This document shows positions 1-11,885 of a stretch of 64,000 nt of DNA, in pieces. The DNA lies in assembly GCA_004431415.1 (NCBI GenBank), contig QPMI01000571.1, positions 1-64,000 on the forward strand, written 5' to 3'. How positions within the stretch are numbered: position 1 is the first letter of the stretch; each line of letters begins with the position of its first letter. The notes under the pieces are model-generated. The model saw nothing but the letters and a program-made list of their open reading frames with translations, was not told the origin of the DNA and made no database searches. A program made the position numbers and the translations under genes. The DNA comes from Cyanophora paradoxa CCMP329 (taxonomy: Eukaryota > Plantae > Glaucophyta).

Positions 1-2153
1 AAGCTGCATACAGTGGAATACGGCGGGAGGACAAGAGGAGGCCACCGACAAGCCCGAGAGCGCAAGCCGAGGGCAGTTGCGGGCGACTTGTGTATAGAGC
101 TGACCAGAATGCCGTGCACTTCAGGCGCGGGGGCGCTATAGGAATCACGAGGCGCTCGAGGGTGTCCGATGAGAGGCGCATAGCAAAGTCCGATACGAGA
201 CGCGTATTGTACTTGTGATCGAAGATGCGATGAGCAGAAAGGTGAGGGATACAAGATATTGAGATTGTGGATGAGGTCGGCGACGTGGATGAGTTTCTCG
301 GCAGCACGGGGCTGCGCGAACCTCGAGGGACCACGGTAGTAGTTAACATCTATGCACCCGCCGGGTACTGACGGGATCGAGTTCTCAAAGTGAGTAATGT
401 GATTCTGCAGATGGTCGTCCATCCACTCAAAATCAAACAGACTGCGGAGATTGACACGCATGGTTGACGGGGCCGCCACTGCCGGCGACGCACCTACGTG
501 CGTGCGCGAGCCCATGACTCGTAATCACCAAAGATGTCGAAGCTGACATCGGAGAGTCGCACTCAAATGTGATCTCGACGGCGTCGCAACAACGGAGGTA
601 TGAAGTACAGCCCTCGTGTGCATGACCCAGGAAGGGACCCTCGGACGATAACCGACCGAGCATCGAGCCGCGACTCGACGAAGTGACAGCTGTTGGTTGC
701 GCACTGGTACGCAATGGGCCCGTAGATATCTCGAGCCGGTCAAGGAAGAAGGACCAAGGACCAGCCTCCGAATCTGCGACGAGTGCATGTGATTAAAATG
801 CAGGATCACTTGTAAAAGTAGAACAGGAGTAAATTTCGCTGTTGCTTCAAAGATACCAGCGATGAGACGGCGAACCTATCACATAGCAGGAGCGGGGGCA
901 GTGGTGCAGGCAGCGGCAAAGGCTTGAAATGCAGAGCGTCAGGCTTCGAGCTCATTGATGCCAGATCATCAAAGACGAGCACCTTGGCCGACGTGTTCTT
1001 GGCGACGACGTACCATTTGCCGTGCACGGGCGCGCGTTCCCCGGGTGGGCGGCGCTAGTGGACAGGGCGAGTGACCACTGATCTGCCGGGATGCTGCTGG
1101 CCCATCGAAATCGGAAGGCCGAAAAGATTCGTTGACGATAACGTCCAAGAACTTCGCGATGTACGGATGCGACGGGCGGGACGTCGAAGATGCGCGATAC
1201 GACGCGGAGTAGGCTGCTCTTGCCAGAGAGGAGGTGGTGGACCCAGCGACCGAGGAAGGCAAGAATAGGCGCGGTGTGCTGTTCACTAGAAAGGGGCTCC
1301 GCAGGGTTGACGTAGCCGACGTCGCGGAGCGCCGCGTCGAGGTCGAGAACGACGCCGCGCTTCCCGTGATAAGGGACCACGGACGACGACGACATGAAAA
1401 TACTGCGGGCCGCCGATGCGTGTGTGCGAACGCCACAGCCGAACGGGGTCTGATCCGAGTGACGCATGATTTCGGCCATCACCAGGTCTGGGAGCCCGTC
1501 CAGAGGAGAGAACTGGAACGGTAGTGGTCGTGTGATAATCAGTCCGTACGCGCTCAGCGGCCGGAGGTGGTCGGTGCGGGGCGCTGGAGGCATAGGGTGG
1601 GTAGAAGCAAAGAGTGCAGTCTGGAAGCGTGGGGCCTGGCTTGAGGGTGACGGGGAGTTGAAGGGGGCGGCCGGGACGAGGAGCTGGAGGGCAGCAAGGG
1701 AAGGGGGTCTGGGTGCGGCAGAGCAGGTTGATGGAAGACTCGGCCCGGGGCGGGGCGAGCAAAGACGACGGGGGCGAACAGCGGAGCACAGGGAGGTTTG
1801 AAAGGCCCATTTGGAGTTTCGGTGAGGGCTTTAAACTAATATTCGAAGTACAGTCCAACAGTGCGCACGTGCACGGCTCCGCGGCCGCCGGAGCGACATC
1901 CGGATCCGCCGGGAAGACTCTCGCTGGATCTTCAGAAGGAGGACACGCCGTGCCAGACGTAGAAGCAGATACAGGGGCATCAGCTGAAGAGAACCTGCTG
2001 AGCGATGAGCACAGCCGAATTTCGGACAACCGTCTAGCTGCATGCGCCATGCTAGCTGGATGCACGTGCGCACCCAATCGGCAAATCCGGAGGTGATGCA
2101 GCTGCTCCTGCAGATGGGGCATCTGTGGCTCACCTAAACGCAGCTGCAGATCC
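1..2153 (-). pseudogene. Broken, apparently intronless coding-like tract running off the left edge; possible transposon ORF relic
   Basis: Overlapping minus-strand ORFs in different frames (1286-2419, 952-1593, 806-1027), plus an open frame from about 461 to the window edge. No family motif was confidently recognised. Confidence 0.25.
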
Positions 2154-5100
2154 ATGGGGGACAGAATAAAGGGCGGACCGGGCAAGCTGTTCGTAGTGCG
2201 ATTCGCAGGTCGACCACGCTTTGAGGGAGGCCTGCGAGCGAGATTGTGCAGCGTGTCGAGACGGACTGAGCGGTAGGGCGCATGGCGGGGCGCGCAGCGT
2301 GCAGCGCACCCTACGGGGACGCGAACATCGGCGATGGGATTTGCTTCAACGTCCGTCGACTCCGTAGACTTCGGTTTGCAATGGCGGGCCCTGCGGCAAC
2401 GAGAGTAGACAAAGTACATGAGTGCGTGCGGAACAAGACGAACAGGCCCGATTCAGGCGCGCGGGCACCGAGTCTTCACCATGACCGCGCGTCCGATGGC
2501 TACAGGTGAGAACGGCCGGGCGACGGCAGATTTTTGTAATATGCCGATCAGCCGCAGAGGAGGCCTGATTAGCACGGGGGGGTATCATTAAGGCGGCAAA
2601 ACTGGCAATAGAAACCGGCTGCGATCCGGCGGCGAAACAGCCGTAGGGAGAGCAGACCCACCTGTTAAATTGGACGGGTACGTGCGGCCAGGTAGACATG
2701 AGCCGCCGATGATCTGCAGATTCGTGCACAGTCGCTGACCTGGCTGTAAGCGCGACGGCGAAGCGCGAGCTCGGCGCCTGCAATAAAACTACATGGAAGG
2801 ATGCGGTGCTACATCTGGTGACCCCCAGGGTGCGGGCTGTCACACGCACGACCGGCGAAAGCGCGCGCCGCTGTCAGAGGAAAATTAATTCGGTGCACAA
2901 ACAGAGTACACGATTGACACGGAAGATCACAAGTTCCCTTCGGAAGTCCAGTGATGCGGAGAGCACTTCGCGCGCAGCGCCGACTTCCGAACTTGGCACA
3001 ACGGACAATACGGTGACTGTGTACGTTCATATATGGCTTCCGAATAACAAACATTCACTTATAATAATGCTCAGGATCGAAGAAGCACGAGAAAGCATCG
3101 ATAATTCAAATCCATCGCCAAGCCACGTGACGACCTCGGACGACAATTCTGGTGGTATATACCCTATAAATCAGAAGTCATGTGGATATGGTGCACTAAA
3201 CCAAATTGTCATGTCAGCCCCGCCCCGAATTCTGCAGCGGCGGCTACTTATATAATAAAATATATTTGACATGACAGAAAGCACCGCAGCCCCTAATCAA
3301 CAGTCCTATAGCTAGTAGTCTTCAGACGAATCATATCCACATACATGGTCATCGTAGCAGTCCATTTCATTGCAGCAGAGACGATTGCAGATTTCGCCGC
3401 GGTCCTTGCCGTGTGTAAGGTCCTCTCCTGGCGCTGCTGGTGGTGCATGTCTCTCATTCCTGGCACGAGGATCGCCGTATCCCCGATAATGAATGTTCCG
3501 CTTCAGAATCCGCCGACAGCGTATAACTGTGTGATTGGGGCAGAAGGTTGTGACAAAGAAGTAATCAAGCGCGCCCATGCGGGCATGAGCCCATGTTCGA
3601 TCGGTACAGACATCGCATTTTATCATCTCGCTGCTATGTTCCTCACAGTAGAGGCTGCACAACAAGGGCGTCAGCTCCCGTCAGATATGTTGGTTTTGTG
3701 AGTAGGGTTGCAATTGAACACTTAAACGTCAGATATACACCACGCGAACCTGCCACAATCTTCCGATGAGCAACGGTATACCGTATGCTGACGACCGCAA
3801 GTACTGGCCATGGAGGGTTCGTGCAAGTCGTCATTGCAGAAAAGAATAGGACAGCCAGTGACGGATGAACACTGAGCAAGCCGGCACGTTCGTGCGGGTT
3901 CGAGCGGGCATGGCCGTGCATACCGTCGATGGCAGGGCACGGTCCGTACGCATGTGCACACGCGACGGCAATCTCATCCCGGAACACGCTGCAGTCGAAG
4001 TAGGAGGTGGAACGGCTTCAGCTGACGGCACCATTACTATATGCTGGATCGAAATAACGTACCCAAACGGGTACCCTAGTCGCTTCATGGCTCAGATCCA
4101 TACATGACCCAGGCTCCATGCATCTACTTAAGCTTGCCTGCGAGCATGCCGGGCTTGCCGCCCGCTCTTCCTCCGCCTAGCCCCCGCCCTTGCCTTTGCC
4201 CCCCTGCCCCGGCCCCGCCCCTCCTCCCCACCGCCGCCGCATCCTCATCGTCCGCGGTCCTTGCCGCGCGGATATGAGAATAGCGTACATACACATAGCG
4301 GGATGCAGACCTGGATTAATCAGTCGTCGAGTACTACCACATCCAATTTCAAAAGGGCTATATAGTCCCAGGGGGGCTTGACATATACTTGCACATCGCG
4401 CCTTAAAAGCTTGTATAGATAATCACATGATGTGCCATGAGGAGAGTGTACAACTGAAGAGAGGGTACAAATTGCATCACGGGAATGGCACAAGTCACGC
4501 AGGAGGCAATAAACAAGTACGTGTGTACTGAACTAGCGACCGATAGTTCAAGCAGTTGATATATCTGAAGCGTAAAGGATGTCAAGTGCGTGGATATGCG
4601 AATCACGTAGATACACATAGCCGGGCGCCATTAGAACTGTAGAACCATTAGAAATTTGAAAAACATGCGCAACGATCAACACGTACATGATGGGACTCGC
4701 ACTGAGAGATAGAACTCGACACAGGCGGCATCCAGCAGGTACAGTTTACACCTGCAGCGATACACCAGGTCATTAGCATTTAGACCGCATCAGAGCGGAC
4801 CCGGAAACACGAGCATGCGCACGGAGCAAGAGCACCAGGCGCGCAGAGCGCTCACACGACGACTGAACGGTAGTAGGACCAGGGCGCAGGCGTCTGGCGG
4901 GCAACGATGGCAATGCAAAGAAGTCAGCAGCAGGCCAGCGCATATAACAAGCAGGACAACAGTGGCAGGGCAGCGCGTACAGCGGTCCGGTCTAGATCCG
5001 ACAGGCAGCGATGGCCTGAAGTACAAAAGCAAAGGAGGACTTGCGGCCTGAATGCGCCGCACACCGAGAGAGGCTGGACGCGACCAGGGTGCGGTTGTGA

Positions 5101-5692
5101 GCGAAGCGGAGCATATAACGAGTCGGGCGCCAAAGACAGGGCGGCACGTACAACGGAACGACGGGAGCTCCAGCTAGGCGACACCAGCACGGCCGCCGGG
5201 CCAATTCCGAAAAGTGGAACGAGGACGCTAACAACAGCTAAGATGCAGCGGCCGCAATGCCAGGACGTGCGGCCAGAAGGGTATACGCAACACCACATAA
5301 CCGGGTACACCAACGCCAAGTAGTCGATCGCGAGCGATCGCGAACGTCCGACGTCGACGTCGACTGCCGATCGAGACAAGTCAACTAGGACCCCAAGCAA
5401 AGACCCGATCTCGGAGACTTCAAAAATCATGTACCCCCCCAGAATCTCATAACAATAGTACATAGGTCGCAGAGCTTTTAACAATGGGCCGTACAATTGC
5501 AGACCTTTACAACTCGAAAGTCCGACAGGTACTCCTTAAACGTCATTGGATGGAAGCAGGTACTACTCGATTGACGGGTCACGAGTCGGCAGTATAGCCT
5601 CTGGTCTCTTCTTCCCTTCGGTCAGAATTGAGACCCGAGGCTGATACCGTACCCCACAAAGATCTGTTCCCCCGTGTCTTTGAACTGTATAT

Positions 5693-6345
5693 GTGCGCGG
5701 CGCGGCGGCGCCGGCCGCGCGGGGCGCCGGCGCGGCGCCCGGCGCCGGCCGCGGATCAATATTAAATTATTCAATGATTATCGATCCCGCGCGCGCCGGC
5801 CCCCGGGCCGGTGCCCGCCGCGGCCGGCGCCCTACCAGTAGCTATAGGCCTATATATATATACCTCCCCCCCCCTCTCCATCCGATGATCCCTCCCCCAT
5901 CCCTCCCTATATATATATAGCTAGGCCGGCGCCTAGGCCTAGGCCTCCCGGAGTCCAGCCTGGCGATGGCAGCCGGCAGCCTCCGATGCAGCCTCATCAT
6001 GCAGGCCTCGCGATCGCGATCGGGCGCCATGCCAGCCGGACCGCCGGCGCCGCCGCGCGCAGCACCCCGGCCCCGCGGCCGGATGCATATGGCCATATGC
6101 ATATGCATGGGCCCCCGCGGCCGCGGCCGGCCGCGCGCGGCCCGGCCCGCGCGAGGCCTAGCTATATATAGGGGGCCGGGCGGCGCCGGCTGCGGTCCGG
6201 ATCCGTGCCGCGAGCCTTCAACTGCCAACGTTAGGGGCTGGAGTCGCCTCAAGGCTCTCGATCGCACATGTACACTATAGCTAGGCACTGCGAGGCTCGC
6301 AATCGCGATCGCGATTCAAAAGATTCAGAAGCGGTCATCTAGCTA
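5693..6345. repeat. Micro-palindrome-rich intergenic patch
   Basis: Chains of short palindromes such as GGCCGGCC, TATATATA, TAGCTAGG-CCTAGGCCTAGG, GCATATGGCCATATGCATATGC and TCGCGATCGCGA. Confidence 0.7.
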
Positions 6346-6379
6346 TAGATCTGTATCGTTACATCACGATGCCGAGCGC

Positions 6380-7106
6380 TCACGGCATCCGGGAAGGGAG
6401 ACTTTACATGCACTGTACAGGGGGGAACGCCCTCAGTTGAACGGTCGCGCGTTCGCGCGGAGGCGTCGTCACGGCCCTCCTCGGCGGCGGCGGCGCCAGC
6501 GATCTGAGGTGGGGCGTTCCGGTTGGGTTCAGTTTCAGTCGGGCGGGCGGAGTGGCTTGGAGGGGTGCAGCAGGGAGCGGGGGCGGGGCCTCGCCTTCGG
6601 CGGACGCAGAGAGGCCCTGGACGCCACGGGTCCGAAAGGAAAGGAGAAAGGAGGCCCGGCGTCAGGCGCGAGCAGCGGGGCGGGCGGGCGGCGAGGCGGG
6701 GCGGGGCGGCGCGGGGCGAGAGGGGCGGCGGGGGTACTGACCCAGACGCGGACGGTGTGGTCGTCCGAAGCCGACGCGAACATGTGCGGGTTCTTGGGGT
6801 TCCAGCTCACCTGAGCAGGCGTCGGCCGCGCATGGACGGGCCGGGGAGGGCGACGCACGGCGTTGACGGTGCCGGAGTGGCCCGGAGGGCTTCGAGCAGG
6901 GCCCCGTTCTGCCGGTGCCATATGTACACCTGCGAGTCTGGCGGGAGGCGTCGGCGGGGTGCGCGGGGCGCCGGGGCGGTGCCGCCGCGCCGCGCCGCGC
7001 CGCGCACCCTCGCTCCCCGAGATGACGAAGGCCTGGCCCGTGCCCCCGAAGCAGCTCCGGATGACGTAGCGCCCTCTGCCCGCACGCCGCCGCGCCCCGT
7101 CGTGAG

Positions 7107-7142
<36 letters not shown>

Positions 7143-9838
7143 GGACCGGCGCACGCTTCTGCCCGCGGTACTTCTGGATGAGCTTTCGCTCCTTCAGGTC
7201 CCACGCGTGTATCTCCTGGACGTTGGCGTCGGCCCCGCGTAAGTCTGGCACGCCGCCTGGGGGGGGAGGATAGGGGGTCAGGGTCGGGCCGCCCGGGCGG
7301 GCGGGATCGAATCCGCGCGGCGGCGTTAGCAAAGCAGACGCGCGCCTGGTTGGATATGTTGACGAGGAGGTGGCGCGAGTCGCTCGAGAGGCACAGGGAC
7401 GTCGCCGAGGCGCCCTCCGCGATGCTGCCCCGGCGTCAGCCGCGGGGGAAGGAGGGGCCGGTTCTCTGTCTCTCTCTCTCTCCCCCCCTGCCTTGCCCCC
7501 CCCCCGGCCACCCTTCTACCCCCCCCCTCCCCGGGCCTCCCCAGAGCTCGCCGCCCTCCTAACCCCGTCCCCCCCCCCCCCCCCCCTCCCTTTCTAACCC
7601 CGTCTCCCGCCCCCCCGCCCCTAACCCTGTCCCCTAACCCCCTGCCATTCCCCCACCCCCACCCCCCGGGCGGCGCAGAAGCCCCCTTCCCCCTCCCTCC
7701 CCTCCCTCCCCCTCTCTCCCTGTGCCCCCTCTCTCCCGGGCGATGCGGGGCGGCGCACAAGTCCTCCCCGGGGCCCTCCAAGTCGTAGAGGCGTATCTTC
7801 TTCTCCGAGCAGATGGCCACGATCTGCTTCCCGTCGTGGCTGCCCCCAGCAGGGATCAGAGAGGCGGCGCGGCGCGGCGCGGGGCGCGGGCGGGGCGCGG
7901 GCGGCGCCGGCGCGCCTCACGGCCAGGTCGTTGATGCGGGCGCCGGTCCACCTTCGAAGCTCGTTCCCGTCGATGTCCTGCATGCGGCCCGGCTCGGCTT
8001 GGCGTGGGGCGCGCTGGGGCGGGCGCGCTGGGAGGGCGGGCGGGGGGATACCGTCAGGACGAGGAGCTGGTCGAGCCCGCCCGTGACGAAGCGGCGGCTG
8101 TCAGGGAGCCACGAGCACGCCGTCACCGAGTCCGTGTGGCTCGAGAAGGTGCGCTTGCACGCCCCGGTCTGCCCGGCGAGTCGGTCGGCTGGGCGCGGCG
8201 CGGCGGCGGCGCGCGGACCCGCGTGTCCCACAGCTTGACGGCGAAGTCGTTCCCGCAGGAAAGCAGCATCGTGTCGTCCGGGCTCCACGAGACGAACGAG
8301 AGCGCCTCCTGCCGTCCGGCCGGGCCCGTTCAGAAGAAGCGCGGGGCGCGGGGGCGCGGCGAGGGGCGCGCGGCGCGCCTGGTGGCCGCGCAGGGTGTGC
8401 AGCTGCCGGATCTCGTAGGAAGGCTGCGCCGCCCGGGGTCGGCGGGGCCGGCGGCAGGAACGAGCGAGGGGGCGCACCGAGTCGAGGTCGACCTCCCACA
8501 CAATGACGGTCGTGTCCTTCGATGCGGAGGCGAGGTGGCGCCCGTCGTGCGAGAACTGTACGAACCACACCTCGTCCGTGTGCGCCTCCAGCGTCTGCCG
8601 CGTCTCACGCGGTATCAAGTCCCTGCGCGCCGCGCCGCGCCCGGTCAGCGGCGGGCGGGCGCGGCGGGTCCCCGGGGCGCCCGACGCGCCGCGAGCACGT
8701 GTGGTCCTCGAAGAGCGACGGCATCTCCTCCCGCGTGTTATGGTACATGCAGGTGCTGATCTGCTGGTTCACGGCCTGCGCCAGGAGCACCTCGAGGCGA
8801 TCCTCGGGCAGCAGGAGCGTCGGCGAGATGAACACTGCGCCGCGCGCGTCGGCAGGCGGCGGCGCACGTCACTGGGCGAGCGCGCGTCACTGGGCGAGCG
8901 CGCACTCTGCAGGCTGCGCAGAAGCTGCCTGCGCGACTCGCCCGCGGCGCCGTCCCAGTGCGCCCGCTTGTACAGGTCGGCGGTGTCCCCGCACATGATG
9001 AAGCTGCGGGGCGTGCAAAAGAAATCTGAGGAGCGCAGAAGAAAGAGGGCGCGAAGGGAATTCTTCAGCTAACAACAACGCGCCTCGTCAGCGTGTGCAG
9101 CCGCTTGGGGTCAGGCCGCGACGTGGCCAGCTCTGTCCGCAGGCACTGCAGGGCCTCCTGCACCTTTCGCTGCTCCAGGAGCTCGAGGTACTTTTGCTGG
9201 TAGATGAGAAAACGAATGGACTGCGACGCGCGCGGAAAGCGGCGCGTCGGTGCAAGCGGGCGGGCGCGGCGGGGACGGCGCAGCACCTGCAGGTCGTCCT
9301 CCGAGTCTACGTGCAGTTCCGGCATCAACGTGTCGACCTGCACAGGATACGCGCTCAGCTCGCGCTCCCAAGGCGTCGGCGCAGCGGAGTTCCGCGCACC
9401 AGCGCCCAGTCACCCTGCAGAATACCATTCCGAAACCTGGCGACGGCGGGGGGTTGCAGGAGAATTCCAGATTCACTTTCCAACCGCTCGGCGGATTCAC
9501 TAGGCGCGGATGAGCGAAGGCGACTGCACGCGAAGAGCAGCGCGCTCGACACAAACGGCGGACCTGTAACCGAGGCTGTGCAGCTCCTGTATCATGAGAC
9601 GAACGAGCTCCGTTCTCTTGAATCCCATCTTCGTCGTTCCCGCTGCCTCCTTGGCGCTGGGCTTGGCCGACCCATTGCTCGCCTCGGCCGGCGAAGGTGG
9701 CTGGGGACGCTCAGTCCCCATCTCTAATCTCTGCCGCTTCTGTGGCCGATCGTCTTCCAGGGCGCTCGTTCGTGGTAGTCGGCTGCAAGGGGGGTAGTGG
9801 CGGGAAACGTTTCGTGAAACTCGGGCCAGCAATTGCAT
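6380..9838 (-). CDS. WDR26: WD repeat-containing protein 26 / GID7 homologue (CTLH E3 ligase subunit; LisH-CTLH + WD40), about 17 introns
   Basis: Spliced translation gives ELVRLMIQELHSLGY, LESESG, GILQGDW, IRFLIYQQKYLELLE, LLPEDRLEVLLAQA, LEAHTDEVWFVQFSHDG, YVIRSCFGG, ISGSEDSQVYIWHR and VSWNPKNPHMFASASDDHTVRVW. The start is at 9838 or 9721 and the last exon is uncertain. There are two apparent 1-nt deletions (about 7073 and 6884). Confidence 0.93.
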
Positions 9839-9887
9839 GCAAGACCCAGCCTAGCTAGCTGAGCTCGGCGAGCGCACCCACCGCACC
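9839..9887. promoter_or_regulatory. Very short divergent intergenic region (putative bidirectional promoter) between WDR26 and the F-box gene
   Basis: Head-to-head start codons at 9838 (or 9721) on - and 9888 on +. Confidence 0.45.
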
Positions 9888-11701
9888 ATGCTGCCCACAG
9901 AGGTGCTTGCGGTCTGTTTCGGATTTCTGGACGTCGGAGACCGGTGCAGGGCGGGGCGCGTCTGCTCGGCCTGGCGCGCGGCGTCCCTCGAACCGCCCCT
10001 GTCCGCGTCGATCGAGCTAGTGTACGCGAGCTTTGCCTTCGTACGCGCTTGCGCTGATCTCCAGCGCAGTGTCGCGGCGGACGTGTGGGACGGAGATGTT
10101 AGGCTGGCACTGGCTGCGAGGGCCGGCCGGCAGTGGGCCGGGCACTCCTTGAACGAGACGCTACCTCCGCTGGAGGCGCGGGCGCTCGGCGGAGCGGTCG
10201 TGCAGTCCGTCCTTTCGAGCGCGCCCTGCTCCGAGCTGCGGACGGCGCGGCTCACGGTTCTCTTCGCGGCGGAGCCGCGCCCGCCGCGGCCGGCGGCGGA
10301 CGATCCACCCGAGTCGGCGGCCCTGGCGCAGGCCCTGGCTGCCGTGCCGCAGCTCACGCGGCTCGAGATCTCTGCGCCCTTCGAGCCGCCCGGCGCTTTC
10401 GCTGAGATCGCCCGCCGCCTGCGGCTCTGCGACACGCTCCCATCGCTTCGCGAACTCCGCCTCCGAAGCGGCGCCCCGTCGGCTGGCTCGGAGGAGGCTC
10501 TAGGCTCCCTCAGCTCGTACACCGACGTGCGCGCGCCCCGCCCCGCCCCGCCCCGCCCAACTTTGGCCGAGGCGGCGGCCGCTGCAGCTCCCGGCGCACC
10601 CGTGCCTTGAGCTCCTGGACTGCCAGCTCGGCGCGGAGGAGTCCGAGCTGGAGGAACTCCCCGCCGCCCTCCCCGCCCTCCGCCGCGTCCGCGAGATCAC
10701 CGTACCCGGGTGCGCGCGCCTCACCTGAGCCACCCGAGCCGCCCGAGCCGCCCGAGCCGCCCCCACTCCGGAAGGACGCGGGACCTGCTCCGCCTCGCGG
10801 GCGCGGGCGTCCGCTTCGCGCGGTGCGAGCTGCTCTCGGCCGACCTGTCGGAGGCGGCCGCCTCGGCCGCCCTCGCCGCCTGCTTCCGCCCCGGCGAGCT
10901 CCCCGCGGGACCCCCCCACCCCGAGGTCCGTTCCGTGGATCCCCCGCCCCGCGCAACTCCAGCCAACCCAAGCCTCCGCCTCCGCCTCCGCCCCCGCCCC
11001 CGCCCCCGCCCCCGCCCCCGCCCCCGCAGGTCTTCTTCTTTTCGTGCCGGCTGGACCGCTGGGCCAACCCGACGCCCCTCCCCGGCGCCCGCTCGTGCGC
11101 CCTGCGCCGCGCGCGCCCTCCCGCCCGCCGCAGCCGCGCAGGCCCTGCTCAGAGATCTAACTTAGTGACCCCCGCCCGGCCGGGCCAGGCTGGCGCTCCA
11201 CAACTGCGCCCTCTCCCCCTCCCTCCTCGACTGGCTCGCCGGTGCGCATAATAATACGCCGACTCGACCGCGCCGCCGCGCCCGCCCGCGGCGACGCTCA
11301 GCGCTGCCCGGCTGCTGCAGGCGGGGCGCACGCGGCGACGCTGCGGGCGCTCGTCCTCTCCGCGTGCCCCCTCGCCGGGGGCGCCGCCCCCGCCGACCTC
11401 GTCCCCTTCGCCCTGCGGCTGCCCGAGGGCACCCAGGCGCGCGAGCCGCTCTTTCTCACCTGAGGCCGTCTCTTTCTCACCTGAGGCCCTCTCTCAGGTG
11501 ACGATTACGCTGGACGGCTCGTGGCCTGCTGAGGGCCTGGGGCCCCTCTTCGCCGGCGTCGCCGCCTCGCCCCGGCTCCTTAGGGACGTCGAGCTCTCCT
11601 GGTACGCCGGCCTCCAGGGGCTCGACCCCGAGGCCTCCGCCGCCGTCGCCCGCTACCAGGAAGGCAGGGTACGTGCGCGCTTCTTCTTGGGCTTGGGCTA
11701 A
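9888..11701 (+). CDS. F-box protein with degenerate LRR-like C-terminus, several introns
   Basis: N-terminal F-box LPTEVLAVCFGFLDVGDRCRAGRVCSAWR, followed by LxxLxL repeats (VPQLTRLEI, LPSLRELRL, LRALVLSAC). The last exon ends at TAA 11699-11701. Confidence 0.8.
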
Positions 11702-11885
11702 GCGGGGCGCGCGCGTACCCCGCCTGAGCTGTGCGTGCGCGCTCGCGCGCGCAGTGGCGGTTACAGGCGGGGGAGCTCGAAGCGGGCGAGAGCGCGTCGT
11801 AGCTTCTCCTCCTTATTATTACTCGTTAGCTCTACAAGACGAATTGCTGCTGTACACAGCCAGAGCCGGCCGGGTGGCCGTCCGG

